DNA of 64,000 nt from Octopus vulgaris. Its lineage: Eukaryota. The DNA is taken from assembly GCA_951406725.2 (NCBI GenBank), contig OX597823.1:71300001-71364000 (forward strand). Direction: 5' to 3'. Under the pieces are notes generated by a model. That model had not been told where the DNA came from. It made no database searches and was given only the letters and a program-made list of their open reading frames with translations. The first letter of the stretch is position 1. Every line of letters begins with the position of its first letter. A program made the position numbers and the translations under genes. Shown piece by piece: positions 1 to 13,203 of this stretch.

Positions 1-214
1 GATGGTAATATTAAACTTCTCCCACTATGCCCCACCTCACGCTGTACTATTGCTTTCAGCCTTTTCTTATAAGGAAATATAGTTATGACGAAAAAGAAGC
101 CGAGGGCACTTTTGTAATCATGCCCCAAGTATAAACAGAAACGTTTAAAAGTATCTCTCAGTGAATTAAATCAGTTTTGTGATTGAATCGTTAAGTTGAA
201 ATCATCAATTATGA

Positions 215-351
215 AAGAAATTTGCTTCCCAACCGCATGTTTCCAAGTTCAGTCGCACCGTGTAGCAGCTTGGGCAAGTGTCTTCTACCATAGCCACAGG
301 TGGACTAAAATCTTGTGCGTGGATATGGTAGACGGAAAGTGAAAGAAACCC

Positions 352-397
<46 letters not shown>

Positions 398-639
398 TGT
401 GCGTGCGTGTGTATGTTTTCCTATGTGTCTGTGTTTGTTCCTCATCACCGCTTGACAACCGGTGTTGGTGTGTTTACGTCCCCGTCACTTAGCGGTTCGG
501 CAAAGGAGAAGATAGAATAAATACCAGGCTTTAAAAAAAGTGCTAGAGTCGATTCACTCGGCTAAGAAAAGTTCTTCAATGCGGTGTTCCAGCACAGCCA
601 CAGTCCACTGATTGACACAAGTAATAAATAAAAGATAAA
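215..639 (+). mobile_element. tRNA-derived SINE, family A (5' end degenerate)
   Basis: Shares the body 'cttgggcaagtgtcttcta...gacggaaa..gaaagaa-(TG)n-...gactgaaacaagtaaaaga' with the copies at 41274, 45341, 49798 and 52141. Confidence 0.8.
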
Positions 640-2263
640 CTGCATTGGAATTTTAAAGAATTTTCTAGACAGTGAAGATTTTAATAATTGCTTTATCTTA
701 AAGTTACATACTCCCAACAAGTCAATAATTAGCTTTCTATGTTATAATAAAGGTGCATGCCATCATACACCCAAAACACTCATATCGTACACACAATAAC
801 AAAGGCTTGCACGAAAAATAGTTTTCCTTGAATGATACGTTCACAACAAAAATTTCTTGCGATAACCTGTTTGTGAGATTATCAGGACAACTGTCTCGGT
901 ATAGTTGTTTCCTGGCAGTTATAAATTGTGGAATTATTAATTATCGTATTTATTAATTATGCAAGTACTAATTATTGTAATTATCAATTATTCAAATCTT
1001 AATTATTTTAGTTGCGTATAACCTAATACATGCCATTTTGTGGTATAATTACAGTGACATAAAGATATAAATCTCTTTACCGAAGAATCATTATTGGATA
1101 AAGCAAAAAATATCAGAATTAATGCTAATATTAACCCACAGTTGTATTCTTTTTTTTAATTTTCTTTTTTTGGGGGGTGGGGACTAACCAAAGACCATCT
1201 GTCCAAAGCACGATTATCTAGAGGGCAGTTCTTCAATTACCCTTTTGCGCTACATTTCGATATCTATTTTTCTATGCGATGCAGCTCTTTAAAGGACAAT
1301 ATTTTGTAAAAATAAAAAAAAATATTAATAAATGGTTGTTTCCCGGGTATTCGCTGTTAACACTGCTCTCTTCTGTTGACATTCGGTGTACCTGAGTAGT
1401 TTTGCTTACGTTAATTGGGATTGTAATTAAAACATCTGGTGGCTTCATCTTTAAAAATTACAATGTCACACTAAATGTTTTAACCGACACTCTTACTGTT
1501 CTCTTTCTTAAGATTCAATTTTGTAGGAAAACATTGCACATTTGGTTAGCAATTCACTTACTTTTGACGAAGTGTTTTAACTTTCACGAGGCTCAGGAAA
1601 GAAGAGTCGCTAAATGTGTTTTTAATGAAGACATTGAGTAAAATTAATTTCAACCATGTGATTTACGTACGAAACGACATTCTTAACCAGACAAACCAGG
1701 TTTTACTCCCATATTTACATCTTATATATGTTATAAATTATAGAGTCTCCAAGCCGTCAAAATAACGACAAAACTACTGTTGAAGAATGTTGTACATGGC
1801 GTAAGCTGCTAAAGAGATTATAAGGATGCGAAAATAAAAGGAAAAGTTTTTAAAAATTATATTTATCTCTCCCCAAATGTTATAAAGATTTGATTACTTT
1901 TATTATGTGCAATATGTTGTAGTCAATGACTGACTTGTCATTTTACATCGTTATTTTCTGTAAATGCTTCTACCTAACTTCACAAATGTTGTACATCTAT
2001 AATGTCTTTAATTGTTGATGTTTCAGCCTTCGATTTGTGTGTGCTTATGTACATATACATGTGTAAGTATGTGTGTATGTGTCTGAATATGAATGAATGT
2101 GTTTGCGTGTGTATGTGTATAGGTTTGTATCTATGTGTTGGTGTATTGGCGTACGTGTATGATTGAAAACAGATTATTATTTGCGGTGTAAATAACGAAA
2201 ACACCAAATGTGCAATGGAATAACATCTCAAATTTTATTGGGCCTAAAATTTTGGATTGTGCA

Positions 2264-2366
2264 ATCGCTGGCAAGGCAATTTTACAATGCCCGGTTGAGT
2301 AGGAGCGCGCCGCAGCGGGCATCGGTGCCGCGGGCCTGAACCTGAGTGAAGCCGACCGCAGGTGCA
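2264..2366 (+). rRNA. Isolated, diverged 28S rRNA fragment (pseudogenic, D7 region)
   Basis: GAGTAGGAGCGCGCCGCAGCGGGCATCGGTGCCGCGGGCCTGAACCTGAGTGAAGCCGACCGCAGGTGCA aligns by eye to the conserved LSU segment GAGTAGGAGGGCCGC...GGGTGGAGCCGCCGCAGGTGCA(GATCTTGG). It forms a GC-rich island in AT-rich DNA, with no other rDNA nearby. Confidence 0.7.
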
Positions 2367-2579
2367 ATAACCTCATGTACGAGCATTGCTGATATTTTGT
2401 ATGAGGAATAGTCAGTAATGGTCTTCGTCGGTCAAGAGTCGGCAGCCGTCATATATAATTTTTGCGTTATTAGGCATGTGTTAGTCGTCATGGGAATGTG
2501 CCATTTTCTCTCTTTCCACCTTCGTTCACTTTTGTATCTTTTCCTCCTACTTAAAATGATTAAGTGTTACCTCCACCAG

Positions 2580-2610
<31 letters not shown>

Positions 2611-3099
2611 TACACTTAGTGTATTATGTATATATTGAATACGAATCTCACCTGTACAACGTTTATATTTTCTATTGTTTAAGAAAAATTTTTTTATGAC
2701 TTACATTCTCCATTTCGAAATATTCAACTCGCCATAGCTTTTCCAGATTTAATGTTTTTCCTAATATTTATTCTGAATTACATGTTTTGAACATAAAAAA
2801 ATTCATTTCCTTCAAGGAAAAATTCTATCTACGTAGTTCATGGTAAAACGTTTAGGGCTTGGATTAAGATTTAGGGTTAGCTAAGGTTAAGGCTTAGGGT
2901 TAGGTTTTAAGGTTGTAAAATAGAGCTTGGGATTATTATCATTACGCAACTTAAAAAAGAACCGACAGTTTTGTCTTGGTTACTACTAATAATATTCTAT
3001 CCTTTTTTTCACATTTGGAGATTCTTGAATTTATTAACATTACGCAGCTATAAAAACAAGGTTATCAGCTTTCAGAAACTTTCATAAACAACTGGCTTT

Positions 3100-4306
3100 C
3101 AACTCAGTAGTTATATCGTAGAAAATTATAAAGGACGATGAGAACCGAACCCTTACCAACTTCCACAATGCTTGACCGTATATCTTGGCTTGCATGGCTT
3201 TAATTTCTACACCTAACTTTCTTTATAACAACCGAAATACCGAGACATTCTTCAAAAAGTTTTCAATGTAGTGGCTAGCTCTTTGATAAGAACTCCTGCA
3301 GATGTCTCACCAAGAAGAAAATGGCAGTGGCGCCCCGTCTTGTTACAAACCAGTACGGCATCTCAATAAACCTAATTTTCTGCCTTATTAGTTGTACAAT
3401 AATTTTTTTCTATCGCTTTCGTCGCTTCGTTAATTAGTGCGATGCCTTTATAAATACCTCTTTTGGGAGAATTTCTTAAACCATTATAGTCAATGATGAC
3501 AAGGCTGCTACGCCAGTCCCTGGAAACTGGTCTCTTCCTGTATTACCTGATTCATTATTCAACGGACAAGTATCTCAGTAACTATCCGTAATATTACATC
3601 TGCTTTCCTATCATTAATGAATATTTCGACAGATAGTTGTTGATTTTAATAGCTGACAGAGAAGGACGTCATCGTATGTAAGCACATGCACAAAGATAAT
3701 AAGCAGTGAGAATGACCATGAAATATGTTCCTTCAAATGATCTGAGGACCCCCTAGAAGTAGATGATAGCTCTCATCTATGTGTCCTAATTCGCAGTCCC
3801 AACAGCATAATAGCTGAAGCTAGAACAGGGTAGAAGTTAGAGGAAGCATGATCTTTGCTGGGAGCGAAGGAATTATGTAGATTTTTTAATGCTCGAGTAT
3901 GAAGAGGACATTGCATGCTGAGACTGTGTAAAGGGTGGAAAAAGATGTGAGCATCTTCCGTTGGATATGTAATATTAATTTGTATGAATGATAGAGCATA
4001 ACTGGTTTGAGTAAACAACTGAGTATAAGAGAGTCATATGTATTATGTAAGGGAGATAACTGGGCTGGTATGGACGTAGAGCAGAGGAAAACAGTTTGGT
4101 GAAGAAGTGTCAAGTGACTCAAGTAAAAGAACATTTGATCGAGGAAGACCAAAGAACAAATTTAGTGCAAGGAATGATGAAAGCTGATTTCCGGAGGCTG
4201 GACTCCACGAAAGAGATAATAAAGGACTTCAACAAATGATCGGAGCCTGTGCCGAAGAAGATCCTTTCCTCCCATGCAAACGTGAAAAGGTAGATGTAAA
4301 ACGATG
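3100..4306. mobile_element. Decayed RTE-clade LINE; 5' part on the minus strand, 3' part on the plus strand
   Basis: Minus strand gives RT-like remnants (SRDWRSSLVI, and a frameshifted GFV.RRG..AIF-like motif). Plus strand 3750-4306 gives RT C-terminal remnants and ends in 'cccatgcaaacgtgaaaaggtagatgtaaaacgatg', the tail shared with family C SINEs. Confidence 0.55.
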
Positions 4307-4543
4307 CTCACAATTCTTCTAACTGCATCATGCTACAAATGTTGAAGCTGAATAAGAACTGAATTAATCTCACCAGGGCCAACAAATTTCATGGTAATTT
4401 CCGCATCCTTCGTGTGAATGATTTTAAAATAAACATCAACACAAATCTAAATGTATTTACAGAAACCATAGTCTAATAACAAAAACAGAATCATGTCATT
4501 ATTGATATATAATGATAATAATAATAATAATAACAATAATAAT

Positions 4544-4772
4544 TTTTCTTTTTTTACTACCCACAAGGGGCTAAATACAGAGGGGACAAACAAGGACAGA
4601 CAAAGGGATTAAGTCGATTACATCGACCCCAGTATGTAACTGGTACTTAATTTATCGACCCCGAAAGGATGAAAGGCAAAGTTGACCTCGGCGGAATTTG
4701 AACTCGGAACATAACGACAGACGAGATACGGTTACGCATTTCGCCCGGCGTGCTAACGTTTCTGCCAGCTCG
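4544..4772 (-). mobile_element. tRNA-derived SINE, family B (Meta-domain-like core)
   Basis: Reverse complement of the 30398/36391 copies; core 'gcctttcatcctttcggggtcgataaa..agtaccag'. Confidence 0.85.
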
Positions 4773-5012
4773 AATAATATTAATAATGTTTATTCAGTAG
4801 TCGATAGAAGAAATATTGGTTTCAAATGTTGGCACAAGGCCACAAATTTTGGGGAAGATGTTAAAGTACTTCTTTTATTGACTTCGAAAAGGCAAAGTCA
4901 ACCTCGGTGGAATTTTTAACACAGAACACATCGACGGACTAAATACCGTTAAGCATTTTACCCAGCGTGCTTACTATTCTGCCAGCTTACTACCCATTAA
5001 ACAAGAAATATT

Positions 5013-5406
5013 GGCCATCTTTCGTTACGAGGACACACGACTGCTTGTTACAAACTACGTGTGTTTATTTACATTTGTGAAGATGATCGTCGATTTCCGT
5101 AAAATTAAAAAAAAAACTTTGACATATGGAGTTGGGGGGAAATGGGATATTTTGAAGTCGGCGTGAAAGCGAAAGAAACAGAGAGAGCGCGATTGTATGA
5201 GGGAAATTCTCCTGAAGTTGGTGTGAATCGGGAGAATTGATGTGCGTGCGTACGTGTGTGAGTGTGTGTGTGTGAGTGAGAGAGAGGGGGGAGAAAGTAT
5301 GTGTGTGTGTTGGAGTTGCGAGACAGAAATTGTGGTGTGTATGTGAAGTGCTTTTGTTAGTGTGTGTGAAGAGACAGAGAGAGTAATGTTGCTTCTGTGT
5401 GTATAT

Positions 5407-5473
<67 letters not shown>

Positions 5474-5646
5474 GAAATTTTTTAATTCACTTTTTGTAGT
5501 GAGTGAATTTGTGAGTGATTGACAGATAAAAAAGCGAGAGAGAGGTTATGAATATATGAATGGCTTCAGTGATACACACACACACACACACACGCACGCA
5601 GGTTGTAACGTATGTACGTATGTTTGTAGGTATGAACGGCTTCAGT

Positions 5647-5680
<34 letters not shown>

Positions 5681-5871
5681 CCAACTTCAAAAGTATTTCC
5701 CTGATCAAATCGCGCTCCCTCTGTCTCTTTCGCTTTTACGCCGACTTCAAAAGATCCCCAAGATTCCCTTTCCCTCCAACCCCATAGAAACCGTCGATGC
5801 TATTCAAAAAAGTAAAATAAACACACGCGGTTTATAAGTGACAGTTGTGTTACTCGTACCGTAAGATAGCC
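5013..5871. mobile_element. Long-TIR MITE, Merlin-like (8-bp TSD)
   Basis: Imperfect TIRs of about 200 bp (ggccatct...agatagcc); exact TSD GAAATATT at 5005-5012 and 5872-5879; internal (GA)n and (CA)n. Confidence 0.8.
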
Positions 5872-5881
5872 GAAATATTAA

Positions 5882-6275
5882 TCTTTATATATAAAAGTGA
5901 GGTTGTGTGCTGTCTGTCTCCTACGATTTAGATTCCTAACTACTCCCACATTTTGCGGTGCAGTTTAACCAAAACCGGGTATCTTATAGTCGTGATTCAT
6001 ATCGAGCCCTTCTGGGTATTAGCGCGCGTCTACGATGAGTCTACGATTTTAGGAAAAAATTACCATCAATTTTTCCCATTTTTAATGCATTTTGGCATAT
6101 GTAAGGGAAGTAACTCTCTAAAAATTTATTATTAAATCTCAGAACGTAAAAAGCTACAGTAACACCCCCCTTTGTGGTTAGCCATATTGAGATGGCTATT
6201 ATACTTTACATCTCTAAAAATGCTTATATAGTTATTTCCCTTACAAACCCGAGCAACGCCGGGCGATACTGCTAG
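5882..6275 (+). mobile_element. Non-autonomous Helitron
   Basis: A|TC 5' end, subterminal hairpin cccgagcaacgccggg, CTAG|T 3' end, no TSD; closely related copy at 18306. Confidence 0.85.
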
Positions 6276-7561
6276 TATTTAATATATGTACTATGTGTAA
6301 TCACCTGTCTCCTAACCATGACTTATTACTTCAAATATTGAAGTCTAGAAAGGCTATTGAAGTTAATATAAATGTTAGGAGGTTTCTGATAAGTTTCGTA
6401 GTATTACGTTTAGAGCTTCATATTGTGGTATTCATATCTAACACAGTCTGGCTTTGGTTTTCTTTCCTCTGAAGTGCTACAAATACAATAACAAAAACTA
6501 CTGGAATTAATAATTGCTAATGTATTTCTGTTACAAGTAAATAAATTATAAGGAAGCAAATCTTAGACTGAACAGGTTTGTGCAGTTGTAAAACTGATTA
6601 GAATAAGTTCGTGTATACGACAATATCATGTATTAAAACGGTTAGCATAAAGCCAAATCAAATTTTCTCTCAGGCAGAAAAATGTTCTAAATACTAAAGC
6701 CACTTATAAAACTTAAGAACCAATCTTAATTATAAAATAATGCTCAAATGCCTAATATAAATATGTTGAAATTCCTAGAGGGTAATTAATTTATTAAACT
6801 ATTTAGCAAAAACTGAAATTCAACATACATATCAACACCATCACCACGGCCAGTCTTCCGCCGCCACCACTGCTTTCGTCGTCGTCGTCGTCATTATCAT
6901 CATCATCATCATGATCATCGTGATCATCATCATTTTCATTGTCATCACCAGTTCGCTTTTACTTGCTGCAATATATTTGACGAGTCATTAAGAATACGAA
7001 CGAGACAATAACTGGAGTTTCTGCCTTCTGGAACGAATCCACGACCACATGCCGCTTAAGTGTTACCTTTTGGGGATGGTTTGTACGGCTCGATGCCTTT
7101 CCTGTTTCGTCAACCATTTTGCAGAGGATATTGGAAGCATTTTAATGTGACACAATCTCAAGATTGATTCAATCCGTTCGTTTATTTGTTCTCTCTCCAA
7201 AACTGGCGGATGCCAGAGCAGGAGAGTGACTGATGAGAGTCGTAGTAATATAAGCGAGGAGATGATAAAAGAGCGATAGCTATTTGGGTTGCTGTTACGT
7301 TGACTGAATCGAAGCAATAACATAAATCATTGACAGAAAAGAAATTGAACAAGAACAATGAGAAAGAGAGGAGAGGAACAATGTGATAGACGTCATAGCA
7401 GATGGGATGTATATATAAATATAAAATTTAGGGCAATGACCACTTTAGTGGTCATTCCTCTAAATTTTGTATGCAACACAATTTTTAATCTTCGGATTGT
7501 TTTAAAATATGCTAAGCCACTGGTTTTGATTAATATCAATTTCTACCCTTATCATTTAAAT

Positions 7562-7641
<80 letters not shown>

Positions 7642-9143
7642 TAGATAAATAACTATCTACACTAGTACATACCCGTTGTTTTATGCTGGCACATATTCAA
7701 GAAAGAAAAAAAGAAATAAAGTAAAGGTGAAACAATTTTTAAATGAAACACGTAATAGAGTAAAATCCTTAATAGTTTTACATTATCTTATATCTAAAAG
7801 GAAATTATTTACAACATTCTCTAAACAAGAAATTTTAAAAAAAAAAACATGAATGGAAGATTTTTCGAGAATTTCACATTTCCAAGATTGGGCCGCCCGC
7901 GAAATTCTAACGGTGTAGCAAGTGAATTTGATCAGTAAAAGCTCTTTATGTGTGAAGGAATCACACACAACCTTAGCTTTACTCTTGACTTTTGTTTCTT
8001 GACATGGTGAATGCTGGTCTGATAAAGAATTGATGCCTTCTTAAAGAGTATCTAGTGGTTGCAGGATGATAGAGACAATCAGCGAAATACATCTTCCATC
8101 GAAACCAGCAATTTAGTACTTTTATGAAAGTGTCAGTAGCCGATTTATTGACGATGGTTGTAAGAAATTAATCATTCAGTTACCTTTCTAAAACGATGGA
8201 AGGGAAAGAATTGAGGTATACAGATGACACCTGAGAATCTGGGGTATTTTTTGTAGAATGAGGGATACAGATGTCGAAATGATAAAATTGCAGAAAGGAA
8301 TAGTTAAATCTGTGACAAACACATCAATTAATTAATACGTAATTCTAGATAATCTTCCCGGTATTGCTCTCAACATGCATTAGACACAGTGAGATAAATA
8401 AACTAAGTAAGCTATACAAAAGATGAACCTATTAACTTATCACAACATACACTTACAACAGATCAAGTCACCTCAAAGAAAATGGGGGGGATGAGCTCCA
8501 AGGCTTACCCACAAAGCGATAACCAAATCGATACCCACAAAAAAGTAACCAAACCCTCAACAAGTGAATGAAGCAAGTTGAACACGATTTGAAACAATGA
8601 AAACATAAAGAAACGCAAGAGTGACAAATGCAATATGTTTGTTATTGCAAAAATCAATAATTTACTTCAAAACAAAAATAAATTTACTAAGATCCAAAAG
8701 CACAACACCAACCAATCAAATTTAAATGATTACAGCGATAAGCGCACAAATTGGATGCTCTTTCTTTCTACACATCTAATGGGAATTCATCTTTGTACAG
8801 AAAAAATAAAACCTCGAACCATAATATTCCAAATAGATACACACACAAAATCGCTAAACCAATAGATAACATGACAAAGAAATAAACACCAGAGAATTAC
8901 AGTATCAGGTCATCAGTATAATTTCTATAATTTCCAGATATTTTAGAAGAAACAAACGAAATAGGCGCCACCTGTACCCTAGATGTAAAACATCTTTCAC
9001 CTTATGCTCCAAAAACAGAAACAATAGAAATTGTATAATATTATGTATACAAACACCCCAAAATAACGACTCGTATCATAACCGGAGAAAAATAATTAGT
9101 ATAAACAAAAAAAGACTACCTGCACAAACAAAATACCATTTTG

Positions 9144-9673
9144 AGATCTGTACCTTTTGACCGATAGATTTAAAAAATAATTTTTTGTAACTAAACACTT
9201 TCAAATTTCCTATACTTGTAGAATGTGTCACATAAAACATCTTTTACTCTTGGCGGTGTATATTTCGTTTGTCGCTGTTATTTATGACATCGTTCGTGCG
9301 TTTGTACTGGTTTTAGTTTTAAGGTTAGGGTTTTAGGGTTAGGGTTAGGGTTAAGGTTATGGTTAGAGTGTTAGGGTTAGGGTTAAGGTTTTAGGGTTAG
9401 AGTAGGGGTTTTAGGATTAGAGTTACGGAAAAAATGAAAAATGAAACACGAACGATTATGGTGGTGCCATGAAGTAAACATGCTTCAGATACACTTGTTT
9501 ATTCATATAAAACGTAACTGAGATGAAATATGTCATAAATAGCAGTGACAAACGAAATATACACCGCCAGAAGTTGTTGACAAACAACAGCAGTAATTTT
9601 ATTCAGCTGAATACACGTCATTGATTGGTTGAAATTACCAAAATACGACAACTTTAACAAAAGGTAAAGATCC
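9144..9673. mobile_element. Non-autonomous Merlin MITE
   Basis: TIRs agatctgtaccttttg / caaaaggtaaagatcc; exact 8-bp TSD CCATTTTG (9136-9143, 9674-9681); termini resemble the Merlin at 27868. Confidence 0.85.
9251..9569. mobile_element. Nested TIR element containing (TTAGGG)n-like repeats
   Basis: 40-bp TIRs (9251-9290 / 9530-9569, 2 mismatches) enclose a degenerate TTAGGG array at about 9320-9425. Confidence 0.8.
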
Positions 9674-11280
9674 CCATTTTGCTGCCCAAAAGGCAAGATA
9701 TGTAGACACGAAGTTAGAATAACTATAGATTCTCCTAAGACCCACATTCGTCACATTCTGTCGAAAACCAAATAATCGCAAACTTATGATATATACTAGA
9801 TAGTTGACGATATACTAGTTGTAATTAGAAAACGTCGATAAATTTAAGGAGGGTCTAGAGAAGACCTCAAATAAAATTAGTAGTATTGTCCTAATCAATA
9901 CTACTAATACGTTTCCATTTCTAGTCATAAGCATTCGAATTGAAAGCAATAGTAACATTACGTCAGTATAATGAAAGACATAAATGGATCCATATACCTA
10001 CGCAGAGATAGAGAAAGTTCGCATAACAACAAAATGTCACGAGTTAAATAGGCGAGCATTCTCTTTTTCAAATGAAATTCTGGATAAAGGAATCCACAGA
10101 ATAAACAGACACTAATTAAAATTAACAGATATTCACACAGACAAGTAACCAAACTATGCAACAAATGCATCAGACAAAAAATACACTTATTACACACATT
10201 TGAATTAAATATCTTATATGTAGGATACTATATAACTCAAATGCATGCGAAGTATAAAAATGAAGAAAGATAAATCTTCACACCAAGCAATAAACTGACA
10301 ATAATAATAAATTTATTGCTAAAACAATAAGATAAAATATAACCTCCTTATTAGCAACACATCAAAAACATATTAACCCGAGAAGCTACAAATTACCAAT
10401 GCAATTCATAAATTTGTCTATAGAAATGAAAGTTGTTAACCTGACCATTATAATTGTTATATTGTCCAGAGATGTAACTCACTATACATTTACAATAAGG
10501 AGCAATCACTGAAATACGCCATAAAACAAAGCTAGGTGCGAAAATATTACCAGATTATGCATCAATATTTTATAGAATTTCCTTCAGATATACGAGAAAA
10601 TTTCATTTTGGAAGCAGTACTCATTATCAAAACACAAGGAAACGATTAACACACAGACAGAGATAAACACGTCATAGACAAGTCAAATACGTCACTGACG
10701 TCATATTTATCTCGTTTCTCAAGCATTTTAACGATCAAATTCTGGCCATAAAGTCTACAAACATACGCACATTTTTACATACGTACACACACACTCGAGC
10801 TCGCGTGTGTATATATATTATCTCGATAATACTAAAACTCAAGGGATGTTTGTGTGTAACCGAAGTATCTCAGAAATAGTATATTTTATCTTAATTGTTT
10901 TTGCATATTTATTTTCATACTTACCTTCGGCAGGGCAATACAAATTTTTGTGACATTTGAATCTCTATTTAAATGATTAAACACAACTTTTGTTTGTTAT
11001 TTCTTGATGCAAAATTAAACATGGCTTCCGTGACGTCAACACACATACACACATACAGAATACACACACATATAATGACTGTCATAGCATGTCAATCAAC
11101 ACAAACATGCGTCCGCTATCTATGACATATACACACACATAGTCTTCACGCTCTCTAAGAAAAGAATAAAAAACGTCGCCCTTTTGACGTACACAATATT
11201 TTAATCATTTAGAAATATTTTTAACTGAATGTGATTTCATCATCCGGAGTTCGATAATTTCCGTAAAAATTCTTTATTTA

Positions 11281-11510
11281 TTTACTTTTGTTTTAAAGTC
11301 AAAGAGAGAGAAAGTGAAAGTTGTATGTAAGCGTGTATGTGAAAGAGAGAGAGAGAGATAGAGGAAGAGGGAGAGGGAGTGAAGGGTGTGTTGCCATGTA
11401 TACGTACATACATCAATAATTATGTGTACATCTTTTTTGCATGTACGTGTGCATGTGTGTGTGTGAGAGAGAGAAAGTTAGGGAACGTGTGAGTTCACAT
11501 CTATAAGTAG

Positions 11511-11551
<41 letters not shown>

Positions 11552-11630
11552 ACACACCCACGTCCATTTCATATACACGTTTATATATCTTTCACTTTCT
11601 CCTCTCTTTCACTTTAAAACAAAAGTAAAA
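11281..11630. repeat. Foldback/MITE-like inverted repeat with (GA)n/(CT)n arms
   Basis: tttacttttgttttaaagtcaaagagagagaaagtgaaag pairs with ctttcactttctcctctctttcactttaaaacaaaagtaaa. Confidence 0.65.
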
Positions 11631-11746
11631 GGTGATTTTTCAGGAAAAAATTTGTTTAAAAAAAGGGCTTCTACTCATATAAATTGATTACTATTGTTTG
11701 GATAGTTCCAATTAAATAAGTTCAGAAGTTAGGTTAAATATATATA

Positions 11747-12990
11747 CAGGGATTATAGAAAATAATGGAAACACCTTAAAATTTCAAACAAATTTATTTT
11801 GTAATGTGGTAGGATTGCCTTTGGCAGTAATTACAGCTTGAATTCTATGAGATATGGACTTGTGCAAAGTTTGAATTGTTTCCAAAGGAATTTTTGCTCA
11901 TTCTTCAGCTTAAACAGTCTCCAGTTCTTGTAGTGGTGATGGTGGAGGATATCGATTCCTTACATGTTTTTCTAAAATGCACCATAAATGTTCGATAATA
12001 TTGAGATCTGGGGACTGTGATGGCCAGATAAGGTGTTCAAGTTCACTAGAATGTTCCTTGTACCATTCAGTAACAACTTTAGCTGTGTGAATTGGTGCGT
12101 TATCATCCTGAAAGATTGTGTTTCCCTCCGGAAATAGTTCTGCAACTATAGGATGAATTTGATCAGATAAAATGCTTAAATAGTTTTGACTATTAATTCT
12201 GCCCTGAAGGGAAACCAATGGGCCGGCAGATTTCCAAGATATAGCCCCCCCCCCCCACCAGATTATCATAGATCCTCCTTCATGTTGGAAGAAGGCAGCC
12301 TTAGTCAAATGCTTCTTTTGGCTTTCTCCACACGTATACTTGGCCGGTGGTCGGAAATAGGGTAAAGGATGACTTGTCCGAGAAAATAACATTCTTCCAC
12401 TGCTCTAGAAACCAATTCTGTAGGTTTTTACTCCACTCTAAATGCTTTGCAATGTTTGATTTTGAAAGTAGTGATTTTCTGATTGCAGCCCTCCTGTGAA
12501 ATCCAACTTTGTGCAGCTACCGGCGAACACTTGTGGCAATTAAGGTGGACATTAAGCTCTGCAGTAATTTTGGGAGCTGTACTTTTGTTGATCCTTTCTG
12601 ACAATTCGCGTAAGAGTCCAACGGTCCCTATCTGAAAGTTTTGGCTTTCTTCCGGAGTTTTGTTTCCACGAGGAGGTTTTTCCCTTTTTCTCAGGGGCTG
12701 TTATTACTTTCAAGATAGTACATTTCGGCTGTTTTCGTTACGCTAGCACCTGCCGTATAAGCACCAACAATTTAACCTCTTTGAAAGTCCGATAGATCTT
12801 TCATTTGAATGAATTTTAATTGCCTTTTTCTGATATCTGAAAAGAAACAGCAATTTTAGCAAAACATATTAAGCAACACTAATAATAAATCAAAAAACAT
12901 AAAAATAAACAAGCTATTGATGGTTTTATAGATATTTCAAAATTATGATGCTGTGATGCTAGGTGTTTCCATTATTTTGTCCATCCCTTG
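11747..12990 (-). mobile_element. Tc1-like DNA transposon (DD34E), defective
   Basis: TA TSDs; ~30-bp TIRs ending aaaataatggaaacacct; transposase remnant IFQDDNAPIH...WPSQSPDLNIIEHLW. Confidence 0.92.
11910..12392 (-). pseudogene. Tc1 transposase catalytic fragment
   Basis: ORF carries the QDDNAPxH and SPDLNxIE motifs; the upstream part is frameshifted. Confidence 0.88.
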
Positions 12991-13096
12991 TACATGCTTA
13001 AATACTATGAATTCCTATTCTACAAACAGGCAAATAATTCCATGAATACTTTACCGGGCAATGCTGAATAGTAAGTCTAGTATATTATTAACATCT

Positions 13097-13203
13097 GACT
13101 ACACTTGCAATGAATCATTTTCTCATTTAATGTTCAGTTTTGAAATTTTATAGGCTTAAAGCTGAACATGAAATGAAAAAATAATCCATTACAAGTGTAG
13201 TCA
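13097..13203. repeat. Hairpin / inverted repeat, ~46-bp arms
   Basis: tgactacacttgcaatgaatc...atccattacaagtgtagtca. Confidence 0.7.

Larger units (their letters stand above)
8300..10700 (+). mobile_element. Decayed Penelope-like element (RT and GIY-YIG remnants), interrupted by a MITE
   Basis: Remnant peptides TLDVKHL..APKTETIEIV (~8975), IYTR*VDDILVV (~9790), FPFL (~9913) and YVG (~10215). Boundaries approximate. Confidence 0.6.
10821..13080 (+). mobile_element. Putative non-autonomous Helitron hosting nested insertions
   Basis: A|TC start, degenerate hairpin ccgggcaatgctga, CTAG|T end at 13077-13081. Confidence 0.5.

Noticed and set aside
2131-2376. ORF resembling a mitochondrial targeting peptide (MRLLHLRSASLR...)
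   Set aside because: It is antisense to the GC-rich 28S-like fragment and runs into low-complexity sequence.
9320-9425. True telomere or chromosome fusion site
   Set aside because: Short, degenerate and enclosed by TIRs inside nested transposons.
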